From: Gemmatimonadales bacterium
GTDB taxonomy: Bacteria; Gemmatimonadota; Gemmatimonadetes; Gemmatimonadales; GWC2-71-9
Assembly: GCA_033853695.1 (NCBI GenBank)
Contig: JAWOLH010000045.1
Location: 593-64,592 of the forward strand
Direction: 5' to 3'
Length of the DNA stretch: 64,000 nt
How positions within the stretch are numbered: the first letter of the stretch is position 1; each line of letters opens with the position of its first letter. The notes under the pieces are model-generated. The model was given only the letters and a program-made list of their open reading frames with translations. It had not been told where the DNA came from and did no database searches. This document shows, piece by piece, positions 22,021-31,770 of the stretch. The position numbers and the translations under genes were made by a program.

Positions 22021-22062
22021 GTCGGCTGTCAGCCACCAGCCATCAGCCGTCAGCTAACATCA
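22021..22062 (+). repeat. imperfect tandem heptamer repeat, consensus RTCAGCC (about 4 good units plus degenerate flanks)
   Basis: GTCGGCT GTCAGCC ACCAGCC ATCAGCC GTCAGCT AACATCA, read directly, in the M61-moaD intergenic gap. Confidence 0.7.
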
Positions 22063-22084
22063 CCACGGACTGAGCTTGGGTGAT

Positions 22085-22333
22085 ATGGGGCAAGTTCGCT
22101 TGAAGTTCTTTGCGCGCTACGCCGAGTTGGTTGGCGCGGACGAGCGTGAGGTATCGCTCGCACTACCGGCGACGGTCGCCGAAGTCGTACGGCACGCGCG
22201 AGCGGAGATCCCGGGGGCAGAAGGGATCCCCGAGCGGCCCCTGGTGGCGGTGAACCTGCGGCACGTGCAACTGGATGCGCGGGTAACCGACGGGGACGAG
22301 GTAGCCCTCTTGCCACCGCTGGCCGGCGGATAG
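22085..22333 (+). CDS. moaD: molybdopterin synthase sulfur-carrier subunit
   Basis: MGQVRLKFFARYAELVG and a C-terminal ..LPPLAGG di-glycine. TTG 22076 is an alternative start. Confidence 0.8.
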   Translation: MGQVRLKFFARYAELVGADEREVSLALPATVAEVVRHARAEIPGAEGIPERPLVAVNLRHVQLDARVTDGDEVALLPPLAGG

Positions 22334-22361
22334 CCGGGGTCGGTCTACGCGAAGGGATCTT

Positions 22362-22793
22362 GTGCTCACCAGAGACGCGATCTCTCCAGCCGCACTGCTC
22401 GCCGAGGTCCAGGGACCGGAGCTTGGAGGGGCTTGCCTCTTCCTCGGAACCGTGCGCGACGGTCCGGACGATGGCGGCATCACCGGGATCGAGTACTCGG
22501 CGTACGAGGCGATGGCGGTGGCGGAGCTGGAGCGGATCCTGGCGGAGACACGGCGACAGTGGCCGGCGGCGCGGGTCGCCGTGCGGCATCGACTCGGGTT
22601 GGTGGCGACCGAGGAGGCGAGTATCGGCATCGCCGCCGCGGCGCCGCACCGCGGCGACGCGTTCGCGGCGTGCCGCTATGTGATCGAGCAGGTGAAGGAG
22701 CGGCTGCCGGTGTGGAAGAAGGAGCTGCGCGCTGACGGATCGGTGCTGTGGGTCGATCCGCAAGGCCGTCCCGCGGTGGTGGGTCCCGCGTGA
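22362..22793 (+). CDS. moaE: molybdopterin synthase catalytic subunit
   Basis: GACLFLGTVRD, EYSAYEAMA, HRLG and the KERLPVWKKE motif. GTG start. Confidence 0.88.
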   Translation: MLTRDAISPAALLAEVQGPELGGACLFLGTVRDGPDDGGITGIEYSAYEAMAVAELERILAETRRQWPAARVAVRHRLGLVATEEASIGIAAAAPHRGDAFAACRYVIEQVKERLPVWKKELRADGSVLWVDPQGRPAVVGPA

Positions 22794-23821
22794 CGGTGCC
22801 GCTGCGCGACCGCCTCGGGCGCCCCCTGGGAAGCCTGCGCGTCTCGGTGACCGACCGCTGCAACATGCGCTGCAGCTACTGCATGCCGGAAGCCGAATAC
22901 GAATGGTTGCCGCGGGCGCAGATCCTCACGTTCGAGGAGATCACGCGACTCGTGGGCGTATTCGCCGGCCTCGGCGTCACGAAGGTCCGGCTGACCGGCG
23001 GCGAGCCGCTGCTGCGTCACGATCTCACGCAACTCGTGCACCTGATCCACGCCGATACGCGGATCACCGACCAGGCGCTCACCACGAATGGCGTCCTCCT
23101 CGCCCAGCACGCGGCCCGGCTCAAGGCGGCGGGCCTGGGCCGGGTCACGGTGAGTCTCGACACGCTGCGGCCCGACCGCATGGAGCGGTTCGCCCGGACA
23201 TCCCGCCATGCGGACGTGCTCGCCGGAATCGGTGCGGCACAGGGCGCCGGGTTCGAGCGCCTCAAGATCAATACGGTCGTGGTGCGCGGGTTCAACGACG
23301 ACGAGCTGGCCGACTTGATCGAGTTCGCCCGGGCGCGCGATGCGGAAGTGCGCTTCATCGAGTATATGGACGTCGGCGGCGCGACCCGTTGGTCGCTCGA
23401 CCGCGTGGTTCCGCAACGGGAGATCCTGGACCGGCTGGGACATCAGTTCGGGGCGATTAGCGCGATCACGGGGGACGACCCGCACGCCCCGGCGGAGCGG
23501 TTCGCCCTCCCCGACGGGACCACGTTCGGCATCATCGCGTCGACGACCGCCCCGTTCTGCCGGGCGTGCGACCGGAGCCGGATTACCGCCGACGGCCAGT
23601 GGCTCCTGTGTCTCTATGCCGCGTCCGGGGTAGACCTGCGCGAGCCGCTGCGGGCTGGCGCGTCGGACAACGAGCTGGCCGATCTTGTGCGAGCGCACTG
23701 GGAGGGACGGGCCGACCGGGGGGCGGAGTCGCGTGTCGCCGTTTCGGAACGGCACCCCCTCTACCAGGTGAGCGGACTGCGCGCCGACCCGCACCGGGAA
23801 ATGCACACCCGCGGCGGGTAA
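22790..23821 (+). CDS. moaA: GTP 3',8-cyclase (radical SAM)
   Basis: GTG overlaps the moaE stop (GTGA). Motifs LRVSVTDRCNMRCSYCMP, VRLTGGEPLL and the C-terminal cluster CRACDRSRITADGQWLLC. Confidence 0.93.
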   Translation: MTVPLRDRLGRPLGSLRVSVTDRCNMRCSYCMPEAEYEWLPRAQILTFEEITRLVGVFAGLGVTKVRLTGGEPLLRHDLTQLVHLIHADTRITDQALTTNGVLLAQHAARLKAAGLGRVTVSLDTLRPDRMERFARTSRHADVLAGIGAAQGAGFERLKINTVVVRGFNDDELADLIEFARARDAEVRFIEYMDVGGATRWSLDRVVPQREILDRLGHQFGAISAITGDDPHAPAERFALPDGTTFGIIASTTAPFCRACDRSRITADGQWLLCLYAASGVDLREPLRAGASDNELADLVRAHWEGRADRGAESRVAVSERHPLYQVSGLRADPHREMHTRGG

Positions 23822-23889
23822 GCCCCGTGACCCGGCAGGGAATCACCGGGTCGCTCGGGGGAAAAACCGAACCATCCTGCAAAGAGACT

Positions 23890-24837
23890 ATGTCACTGCT
23901 CCAACTCCGGGACATCGCCAAACGCTTCGACGGCATCACCGCCGTCGACCAGGTATCCTTCACCGTGGATCGGGGACAGGTGGTGGGTTTTCTGGGCCCC
24001 AACGGGGCCGGCAAGTCCACCACGATGCGGATGATCACCCAGTTCCTCGACCCCGACGCCGGCACGATCGAGTTTGACGGCGTTCCGATCGAGAACGACC
24101 CGCGCGGCGTGAAACGTCGCATCGGGTACCTCCCCGAAAACAACCCGCTCTATGCCGACATGCTGGTGTCGGACTACCTCCACTTCATCGCCGAGCTACG
24201 CCAGCTCGCCGGCGCCGACAAGGCCCGAGCGCTCGACGAGGCGGTCCAGGCCACCGGCCTCGCCAGCGTCTTCTACCGGCCGATCGGGGACCTCTCCAAG
24301 GGGTTCCGCCAGCGGACGGGGCTCGCCCAGGCGATCCTCCACCGTCCCGAGCTCCTCGTCCTCGACGAGCCGACCGAGGGGCTCGACCCGAATCAGCGGC
24401 TCGAGATCCGCCGTCTGATCGGCGACCTTGGGCGGGAGCGCACCGTGCTGCTTTCCACGCACGTGCTCTCCGAGGTGCGGCAGAGTTGCTCGCGGCTCCT
24501 GATCATCAATAAGGGGCGGATCGTCGCCGACGGCGCGGTCGATGCGCTCGTCCAGCGCGCCGAAGGAGGGCGTCAGGTTCGCGTGGAGGCGAAAGGCGAC
24601 CGGGTGCTCGAGAAGCTCGGCGCCCTCCCGGGGGTGGCGCGGGTGCAGCCCGATGGAGGCGGCGCGGGGGTGCGGGCGATGCTCACCATCGCGGGCGACG
24701 CCGACGTCCGGCCGGCCATCTTCGAGCTGGCGAAGCGCGAAGGGTGGACGCTTTTCGAGCTGTACCAGGAGCAGGGGAATCTCGAAGATCTCTTCCGCCA
24801 GCTGACGACCGAGACGAGTGGGGAGGCCGCCGCATGA
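23890..24837 (+). CDS. ABC transporter ATP-binding protein (GldA-like)
   Basis: Walker A GPNGAGKST, signature LSKGFRQR and Walker B LLVLDEPTEGLD, with an extra C-terminal domain. The upstream part of ORF 23566..24837 overlaps moaA and is rejected. Confidence 0.88.
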   Translation: MSLLQLRDIAKRFDGITAVDQVSFTVDRGQVVGFLGPNGAGKSTTMRMITQFLDPDAGTIEFDGVPIENDPRGVKRRIGYLPENNPLYADMLVSDYLHFIAELRQLAGADKARALDEAVQATGLASVFYRPIGDLSKGFRQRTGLAQAILHRPELLVLDEPTEGLDPNQRLEIRRLIGDLGRERTVLLSTHVLSEVRQSCSRLLIINKGRIVADGAVDALVQRAEGGRQVRVEAKGDRVLEKLGALPGVARVQPDGGGAGVRAMLTIAGDADVRPAIFELAKREGWTLFELYQEQGNLEDLFRQLTTETSGEAAA

Positions 24838-27080
24838 GTGCGATCTGGATCATCGCGCGGCGCGAGGTGAAATCGCTGTTCGATCTGCCGCTCGCCTACA
24901 TCCTGCTCATGATCTTCATCCTGTTGAACGGCTTTCTCTATTTCCGGCAGGCCGAGCCGTACGGGCTCGCGACGCTGCGGCCGATGCTCGAACTGCTGCC
25001 CTGGTTGCTCATGATCTTCGTCCCGGCGGTGACGATGCGCGCGCTCGCCGAGGACGTGCGCGCCGGGACGCTGGAAGTGGTCCTGGCCCAGCCGATCACC
25101 GAGCGCGAGCTCGTGCTCGGGAAGTATCTGGGGCAAGTCGTGTTCCTGTGGATCGCCCTCGCGCTCACCCTGCCGATCCCGCTGGGCCTCTGGCTCGGGG
25201 CGCGGCTCGCAGTCGGCGTCCTCATCGCGCAGTACGTCGGTGCGGCGGCCCTGGTGGCGGGATTTACGGCGGTCGGGGTGTGGGCCTCGAGCGTCACGCG
25301 AAACCAGATTACCGCGTTCATCCTCGGCTTCGCCGTGATGTTCGTGCTGGTGCTCGTGGGACAGGATCCCCTGCTCACCGGGCTGCCGCCGCAGCTCAGT
25401 GCCATCGCCGCGGCGTTCGGGGTGCTGGCGCACTTCCAGCAAATCGCTCGCGGGGCGGTGGACCTGCGGGACATCATCTACTTCCTCACCCTCGTCGCCG
25501 TTTTCCTGAGCCTCGCCTACTTCTCGCTGATGCACCGCAAGTTGTCGCCCGGGGGAGCGGAGCTGAAGCGGCTCAAGCTCGGGACAACCCTGCTCGTCGC
25601 GCTGCTCGTGATGCTGAATCTGTTCGGCCGCTGGATCGGCGGCCGGCTCGACCTGTCGCCGGGGCGACAGTTCACGCTGTCGCAGGCCTCGAAGGACCTC
25701 CTCGGGCATCTCCCGGACCTCGTCACGATCAAACTGTTCGCCTCCAGCGCGCTGCCGCCCGAGGTGGCGTACGTCAAGCGGGACGTGGACGATCTGCTGG
25801 GCGACTATCGCGCGGCGGGGCACGGCCGGGTGCGGCTCGTCGTGATCGATCCGACCGGCGACAGCGCGGCCGCCCGCGAAGCGGCGTCGCTGGGGATCCC
25901 GCCGGTGCAGTTCAACGTGCTGGGACAGTCGTCGCTGCAAGTGAAGGAGGGGTACCTCGGCCTGGCGATTCAGTACGCGAACGAGGTGCGCCAGATCCCG
26001 CTCGTGCGGCAGACCAACGACCTCGAATACCGGCTGACGGCGTTCATTCGCGACCTCACGCGCACCAGCCGCCCCGCGGTCGGGTGGGTGGGGTCGCCCC
26101 CCAATCCGTATGAAGAACAGGGTACCGGGTTCAGCACGTTGCGGTCGTCGCTCGATCGCAGCTATACGGTGCGCGACATCTCCCTCGCGGGTGACAGCGC
26201 CCTCGGCACCGACCTCAAAGTGCTCGTCCTTGCCAAGGCCCCCGATACGGTTCCGGCGGCGCAGCTCGACCCGCTGCGAAAGTTTCTCGCGGGCGGCGGC
26301 AGCGCCCTGATCATGGCGAGCGGGATGCGCCGGTCGGCGCAGGAGCCGTTCTCCATGGCGCGCACGGTGCCGTGGAACGCGCTGCTCCAGCCGTACGGCG
26401 TGGCGATCCAGTCCGACCTGGTGTACGACCTTGCCGCGAACGAGGCCGTGGGGTTGCCGACGCAATATGGCCAGGTCGTGATGGCGTATCCGTTCTGGAT
26501 CCGGGCGGGATCGACGCGCGCCTCGGCGGTGAACGCCGAGGTGACGGGGGTATTCCTTCCCTGGACGAGCTCCATCGACACGACGCACGCGACCAGGGGC
26601 ACCGTCACGCCCCTCCTCGTCTCGAGCCGCGCCGCTGGGGCAATGCAGGGCGAAGCGATGCTGTCACCGCAGCAGGATTTCGCCCGCACCAATCTCTCGT
26701 CGCGAATTCTCGCGGTGGCCCTGAGCCCCCCGGCCCAGGGTGCCGCCGCGACGACCGCGCCGAAAGGCCGGGTGATCGTGATCGGAAACGATGATTTCGC
26801 CGACGATCGCTACGCCCAGAATCAGGCCGCCAACGTCGTGTTCGTCGAGAACGCGATCGACTGGCTGGCTCAGGATGATGCCCTGATCGCCATCCGCTCG
26901 AAGGACCGGACGCCGCCGCCGCTCGTTTATCCAAGTGCGGCGGTGAAGGTAGCGGTGCGCTATGGCAACCTGATCGGCGTTCCGCTGTGCATCGTGCTGT
27001 TCGGGGCCTCACGGTTGATGCGGCGCCGCCGCCTCACCCGGCAAGCGTATCGACCCCTCGCGTCAGGAGCGGTGGCATGA
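24834..27080 (+). CDS. fused ABC-2-type permease (GldF-like, ~240 aa, 6 TM) and GldG-like periplasmic auxiliary domain with C-terminal TM anchor
   Basis: ATG overlaps the ATPase stop (ATGA). The N-terminal half is hydrophobic with about six TM segments. The remainder matches the architecture of ABC-type uncharacterized transport system (GldG) proteins and ends in a TM segment, GNLIGVPLCIVLFGASRLMRRRR. Confidence 0.72.
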   Translation: MSAIWIIARREVKSLFDLPLAYILLMIFILLNGFLYFRQAEPYGLATLRPMLELLPWLLMIFVPAVTMRALAEDVRAGTLEVVLAQPITERELVLGKYLGQVVFLWIALALTLPIPLGLWLGARLAVGVLIAQYVGAAALVAGFTAVGVWASSVTRNQITAFILGFAVMFVLVLVGQDPLLTGLPPQLSAIAAAFGVLAHFQQIARGAVDLRDIIYFLTLVAVFLSLAYFSLMHRKLSPGGAELKRLKLGTTLLVALLVMLNLFGRWIGGRLDLSPGRQFTLSQASKDLLGHLPDLVTIKLFASSALPPEVAYVKRDVDDLLGDYRAAGHGRVRLVVIDPTGDSAAAREAASLGIPPVQFNVLGQSSLQVKEGYLGLAIQYANEVRQIPLVRQTNDLEYRLTAFIRDLTRTSRPAVGWVGSPPNPYEEQGTGFSTLRSSLDRSYTVRDISLAGDSALGTDLKVLVLAKAPDTVPAAQLDPLRKFLAGGGSALIMASGMRRSAQEPFSMARTVPWNALLQPYGVAIQSDLVYDLAANEAVGLPTQYGQVVMAYPFWIRAGSTRASAVNAEVTGVFLPWTSSIDTTHATRGTVTPLLVSSRAAGAMQGEAMLSPQQDFARTNLSSRILAVALSPPAQGAAATTAPKGRVIVIGNDDFADDRYAQNQAANVVFVENAIDWLAQDDALIAIRSKDRTPPPLVYPSAAVKVAVRYGNLIGVPLCIVLFGASRLMRRRRLTRQAYRPLASGAVA

Positions 27081-28015
27081 GTGGTAACCAGTTGCGGGCG
27101 ATCGCCCTGACGCTGATGGTCCTCATCTGCGTCTGGCTCGGCGCACGGCTGTTGACGCACCGCTCGGATGTTATCCGCAGCCGGTTCACGCTGCCCCAGG
27201 TGAAGCCCGATCAGGTCGATTCGGTGGTGATCCGACACGGAGCCGACACGCTGCGGCTGGTTCGCGCCGGGACGCAGTGGACGGTGAATGGACTCCGCGC
27301 CGGGTCGGAGCCCCTGGGCCAGCTGTTTCAAGCGTTCCTCGACACGGCAACGCCCGATCTCGCCGCGGTGAGCCCCAGCTCGTTTCAGCGCATGGGGGTC
27401 GACTCGAGCGGCGGGTATTGGCTGCAGCTGTGGAGCGGCGGTCGGGCGACGCTGACGCTCGTTATCGGCGCGCTCGCGTCGGAGCCGTCCAGCGGCTACC
27501 TGCGCCGGGCGGGTTCCGATTCCGTCATCCTCTGGCGAGGGAACCTGGTGGACCTCGCGCGGCGCCAGCTCAACGAGTGGCGCGACAAGCGCATCGCGGC
27601 GGTCGCGCCCGAGAGCGTCGTCGCGGTCTCCGTGACCGCACGGCGCCCGTATGCGCTGCGCCGCAGCGGCACCACGTGGCGCTTCGCCAGCGGCGGGCCC
27701 GTCGATTCGGGGAAAGTCGCGGGATTGCTCGGGATGTACCGGGATTTCAGCGCGAGCGGATTCGGGACGCCCGCGCAGGCCGACTCCGGCAAGGCCCCCG
27801 CGGCCCGGCGCACCCTTACGCTCACGGGGGCCGGAGGCGCGAAACTCCTCGAAGTGACGATCGACTCCAGCAAGACCGGGGTCTGGGCCCGCCGTTCGGG
27901 TGACGACAACGTCTACCGGATCGATGCCTGGCGGCTGAACTCGTACGTCCCGCCGGACACCGCGCTCCGAGCCAAACCGCCCGCGAAACCCGCAGCCGCG
28001 GCGACGCACCACTAA
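27077..28015 (+). CDS. membrane-anchored DUF4340-like protein (usual partner of GldG-type genes)
   Basis: ATG overlaps the preceding stop (ATGA). There is one N-terminal TM segment (AIALTLMVLICVWLGARLL), then a soluble repeat-like domain. Gene position matches the usual arrangement. Confidence 0.5.
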   Translation: MSGNQLRAIALTLMVLICVWLGARLLTHRSDVIRSRFTLPQVKPDQVDSVVIRHGADTLRLVRAGTQWTVNGLRAGSEPLGQLFQAFLDTATPDLAAVSPSSFQRMGVDSSGGYWLQLWSGGRATLTLVIGALASEPSSGYLRRAGSDSVILWRGNLVDLARRQLNEWRDKRIAAVAPESVVAVSVTARRPYALRRSGTTWRFASGGPVDSGKVAGLLGMYRDFSASGFGTPAQADSGKAPAARRTLTLTGAGGAKLLEVTIDSSKTGVWARRSGDDNVYRIDAWRLNSYVPPDTALRAKPPAKPAAAATHH

Positions 28016-28148
28016 GAGGTCCGCCCGCCTCGGCGCCCTGATCGCCTGAGGCGAACTTCCTGTGAGCGCGTTGCCGGCGCGCGCACTCCGCCCTTAGTTT
28101 CCGGCGTCGCCAGACGTCGTTCTCACCCTCACGCGCGAGCACTGCCTC

Positions 28149-29078
28149 ATGTTCGAGAAGATCACGGTGGTCGGAGCCGGCAATGTCGGCGCGACCGCGG
28201 CGCAACGATTGGCCGAGAAGAACCTGGCCCGCACGGTGGTCATGGTGGATGTCGTCGATGGGGTGCCGCAGGGGAAGGGGCTGGACCAGTGGGAATCGGC
28301 GCCGATCGAGGGCTTCGACACCAGGGTCGTGGGCGCGAAGGATTATGGGCCCGCCCAGGGGAGCGAGCTGTTCGTCGTCACCGCCGGAATCGCGCGCAAA
28401 CCGGGGATGAGCCGCGACGATCTGGTGCGGACCAACGCCGACATCGTGAAACAGGTGGCGCAGCAGATCAAGCAGGTGGCGCCCCGGGCGATCGTCGTCG
28501 TGATCTCCAACCCGCTCGACGTGATGTGCTGGGTCACGAAGCAGGTCACCGGATTTCCGCGTGAGCGCGTCATCGGGATGGCGGGCGTGCTCGACACGGC
28601 CCGCTACCGCAGCTTCCTCGCCGAGGCGCTCGACGTCTCCGTCGAGGACATCCAGGCGATGGTACTCGGCGGCCACGGCGATACGATGGTGCCGTTGATC
28701 AGCTACACCACCGTTTCCGGCATACCCGTGACGCAGCTGCTCGACCGGGGGACGCTCGACAAAATCGTCGCGCGGACGAGAAACGGCGGTGCCGAAATCG
28801 TGGCATACCTCAAAACGGGGTCCGCCTACTACGCCCCCTCGGCGGCCGCGGTGCAGATGGTCGAGTCGATCGTGCTCGACAAGAAGCGGGTCCTGCCGTG
28901 CGCCGCCTGGCTGGAAGGGGAATACGGGCTGTCGGGGATCTACTGCGGGGTGCCGTGCAAGCTCGGGAAGGGTGGGCTGGAGCAGATCCTACAGGTCTCG
29001 CTCACCCCGGAAGAGGAGGCGGCGCTCACCAAATCGGCGAGCGCCGTAAAGGAGACGATGGCGGCGGTGCAGCTCTAG
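28149..29078 (+). CDS. mdh: malate dehydrogenase (LDH-like family)
   Basis: [26 protein letters not shown] and GGHGDTMVP. Confidence 0.94.
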   Translation: MFEKITVVGAGNVGATAAQRLAEKNLARTVVMVDVVDGVPQGKGLDQWESAPIEGFDTRVVGAKDYGPAQGSELFVVTAGIARKPGMSRDDLVRTNADIVKQVAQQIKQVAPRAIVVVISNPLDVMCWVTKQVTGFPRERVIGMAGVLDTARYRSFLAEALDVSVEDIQAMVLGGHGDTMVPLISYTTVSGIPVTQLLDRGTLDKIVARTRNGGAEIVAYLKTGSAYYAPSAAAVQMVESIVLDKKRVLPCAAWLEGEYGLSGIYCGVPCKLGKGGLEQILQVSLTPEEEAALTKSASAVKETMAAVQL

Positions 29079-29851
29079 GCGGCTCCGGACCAGGCTCTTC
29101 CCGCACGCGGGGGGAAGAGCGTCGCTTTCAGCACGTCGCGGTTCAGCTGCGCGATGAAGTCCACCGAGATCTCCTTGGGGCACGCCGCCATGCATTCGCC
29201 GTGGTTGGTGCAGGCGCCGAACCCCGCCGCGTCCATCGCCTCCACCATCTTCACGACGCGCTCATACCGTTCCGGCTGTCCCTGGGGCAAGGCACCGAGA
29301 TGGCTCACCTTGGCCGCGACGAAGAGGGTGGCGCTCGCGTTGGGGCAAGCGGCGACGCAGGCCCCACACCCGATGCAGGCGGCGGCGTCCATCGCCCGGT
29401 CCGCGTCGCGCTTCGGTACGGGAGTCGCGTTCGCCTCCGGGGCACTCCCCGTCCGGGCCGTGACAAAGCCCCCGGCCTGCACGATGCGGTCGAAGGCGCT
29501 GCGGTCGACCACGAGGTCCTTCACCATCGGGAACGCCCGGGCGCGCCACGGCTCGATCCACAGCGCGTCGCCGTCGCGGAAATGCCGCAGGTGCAGCTGG
29601 CAGGCGGTGGTGGCGCGCTGGGGGCCGTGGGGCCGGCCGTTGATCACCACGCCGCAGCTCCCGCAGATGCCCTCACGGCAGTCGTGGTCGAACGCAATCG
29701 GCTCTTCTTTAAGCGCGATCAGCCGCTCGTTCAACAGGTCGAGCAGCTCGAGGAACGACATGTCGGGGGAGGCGTCGTCGGTCTCGTAGCGCACGAAGCG
29801 CCCCTCGGCATCGGGTCCGGCCTGTCGCCACACGTGGAGCGTCAGGTGCAT
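29075..29851 (-). CDS. sdhB: succinate dehydrogenase / fumarate reductase iron-sulfur subunit
   Basis: Cluster motifs [30 protein letters not shown] and [12 protein letters not shown]. The ATG shares 1 nt with the sdhA stop (TAATG). Confidence 0.92.
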   Translation of the reverse strand: MHLTLHVWRQAGPDAEGRFVRYETDDASPDMSFLELLDLLNERLIALKEEPIAFDHDCREGICGSCGVVINGRPHGPQRATTACQLHLRHFRDGDALWIEPWRARAFPMVKDLVVDRSAFDRIVQAGGFVTARTGSAPEANATPVPKRDADRAMDAAACIGCGACVAACPNASATLFVAAKVSHLGALPQGQPERYERVVKMVEAMDAAGFGACTNHGECMAACPKEISVDFIAQLNRDVLKATLFPPRAGRAWSGAA

Positions 29852-31770
29852 TACTTGTAGCTCCGCTGCGCGAGGTGGACGTACTCGAACGCCAGCGGCT
29901 CGTGGTGCACCACCGGCGCCGTCTCCGTACCGGTCCACTCCCAGGCGGCGACGTACGAGAAGTTGGCGTCGTCCCGCTTCGCCTCGCCGTCCGGTGTCTG
30001 GTACTCTTCGCGGAAATGTGCCCCACAGGACTCGGTGCGCCCGAGCGCGTCGAGACACATCAGCTCGGCGAATTCCATGAAGTCGGCGACCCGGCCCGCC
30101 CGCTCGAGCGATTGGTTCAGGTCTTCGCCCTTGCCGCCCACGAAGACGTCCTTCCAGAAGCGGTCGCGCAGGATGCGCACTTTCGCGAGCCCATCCTCGA
30201 GGGCGGCGCGTGTCCGGGACATGCCGCATTGGTTCCACATCAGCGTGCCGAGCTCGCGGTGGAACGTGTCGACGCTCTTCGTCCCGTTGACGCCGAGCAG
30301 GCGTGCGGTGCGATCCCGCACGTCCGCTTCGACCCGGCGGAACGCGGCGTGCGCGGTATCGACCGGATCGAGCCTCGCCTGGGCGAGGTAATCGCCGATC
30401 GTGTAGGGGAGGATGAAGTACCCGTCGGCGAGGCCCTGCATCAAGGCCGACGCTCCGAGCCGGTTGGCGCCGTGGTCGGAGAAATTCGCCTCGCCGATCA
30501 CGTGCAGGCCCGGGAGATTCGACATCAGGTTGTAGTCGACCCAGAGGCCACCCATCGTGTAGTGCGGGGCGGGGTAGATGCGCATCGGCACGTCGTAGGG
30601 ATTCTCCCCGGTGATTCGCTCGTACATCTCGAACAGGTTGCCATAGCGCTCGGCGACCCCGGCCTTCCCGAGCCGCGCGATCGCGTCGGTGAAGTCGAGG
30701 TAGACGCCGTGCCCGCCGGGGACGACGCTGAAGCCCGCGTCGCACATCTCCTTAGCGCGCCGTGAGGCGACGTCGCGGGGGACGAGGTTGCCGAAGCTCG
30801 GGTAGAGGCGCTCGAGGTAGTAGTCGCGCTCGCCCGCCGGGATGTCGCCAGGGCGGCGCGTGTCGCCCTTCTTTTTCGGCACCCAGATGCGCCCATCGTT
30901 GCGCAGCGACTCGCTCATCAGCGTGAGCTTGGACTGGTGGGCCCCATGCGCCGGGATGCAGGTGGGATGGATCTGCGTAAAGCAGGGGTTGGCGAACAGA
31001 GCGCCGCGCTTCGCGGCCCGCCAGGTGGCGGTGACGTTGCACCCCTTCGCGTTGGTGGAGAGGAAGTAAACGTTCGAGTAACCGCCGGTCGCGAGCACCA
31101 CGGCGTGCGCCGCGTGGGAGCGGATCGCCCCCGTCACGAGGTCCCGCACCACGATGCCCCGTGCCCGGCCGTCGATCACCACGAGGTCGAGCATCTCAGT
31201 GCGCGGATACATCTTCACCTGGCCGAGGCCGATCTGGCGCGCCAGCGCCTGATAGGCGCCGAGCAACAGCTGCTGGCCGGTCTGGCCGCGCGCGTAGAAC
31301 GTCCGTGAGACCTGGGCGCCGCCGAAGGACCGATTGGCGAGGAGGCCCCCGTACTCCCGGGCGAACGGCACCCCCTGGGCGACGCACTGGTCGATGATGT
31401 GCACGCTGATTTCCGCGAGCCGGTAGACGTTCGCCTCGCGGGCGCGGAAATCGCCGCCCTTCACGGTATCGTAGAACAGCCGCCACACCGAGTCGCCATC
31501 GTTCTGATAGTTCTTGGCGGCGTTGATCCCGCCCTGTGCGGCAATCGAGTGGGCGCGCCGCGGCGAATCCTGAAAGCAGAAGCACGACACGTGATAGCCG
31601 AGCTCGGCGAGGGACGCGGCCGCCGAGGCTCCGGCCAGCCCGCTTCCGACCACGATCACCTCGAAGCGGCGCTTGTTGGCCGGGTTCACGAGCTTCATTT
31701 CGAAGCGATGCCGCTCCCACTTGTCCTGGATCGGCCCTTCGGGAACGCGCGCGCGCAGCTCGCCGATCAT
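29851..31770 (-). CDS. sdhA: succinate dehydrogenase flavoprotein subunit
   Basis: [17 protein letters not shown]-histidine motif [14 protein letters not shown], and a [13 protein letters not shown]-type N-terminus typical of the Bacillus-type enzyme. Confidence 0.95.
   Translation of the reverse strand: MIGELRARVPEGPIQDKWERHRFEMKLVNPANKRRFEVIVVGSGLAGASAAASLAELGYHVSCFCFQDSPRRAHSIAAQGGINAAKNYQNDGDSVWRLFYDTVKGGDFRAREANVYRLAEISVHIIDQCVAQGVPFAREYGGLLANRSFGGAQVSRTFYARGQTGQQLLLGAYQALARQIGLGQVKMYPRTEMLDLVVIDGRARGIVVRDLVTGAIRSHAAHAVVLATGGYSNVYFLSTNAKGCNVTATWRAAKRGALFANPCFTQIHPTCIPAHGAHQSKLTLMSESLRNDGRIWVPKKKGDTRRPGDIPAGERDYYLERLYPSFGNLVPRDVASRRAKEMCDAGFSVVPGGHGVYLDFTDAIARLGKAGVAERYGNLFEMYERITGENPYDVPMRIYPAPHYTMGGLWVDYNLMSNLPGLHVIGEANFSDHGANRLGASALMQGLADGYFILPYTIGDYLAQARLDPVDTAHAAFRRVEADVRDRTARLLGVNGTKSVDTFHRELGTLMWNQCGMSRTRAALEDGLAKVRILRDRFWKDVFVGGKGEDLNQSLERAGRVADFMEFAELMCLDALGRTESCGAHFREEYQTPDGEAKRDDANFSYVAAWEWTGTETAPVVHHEPLAFEYVHLAQRSYK

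Noticed and set aside
22021-22062. Heptamer tracts (here and at 56725 and 63122) considered as a CRISPR array or classical phase-variation switch.
   Set aside because: The units are 7 nt with no spacers, so this is not CRISPR. The units are imperfect and few (4-5), and two of the three tracts are intergenic, so simple-sequence contingency behaviour is unsupported. They are reported only as an unexplained repeat family.
22012-22084. Possible Moco riboswitch upstream of moaD-moaE-moaA.
   Set aside because: The gap is only about 70 nt and is mostly heptamer repeat. That is far shorter than the Moco RNA motif, and I saw none of its conserved elements.
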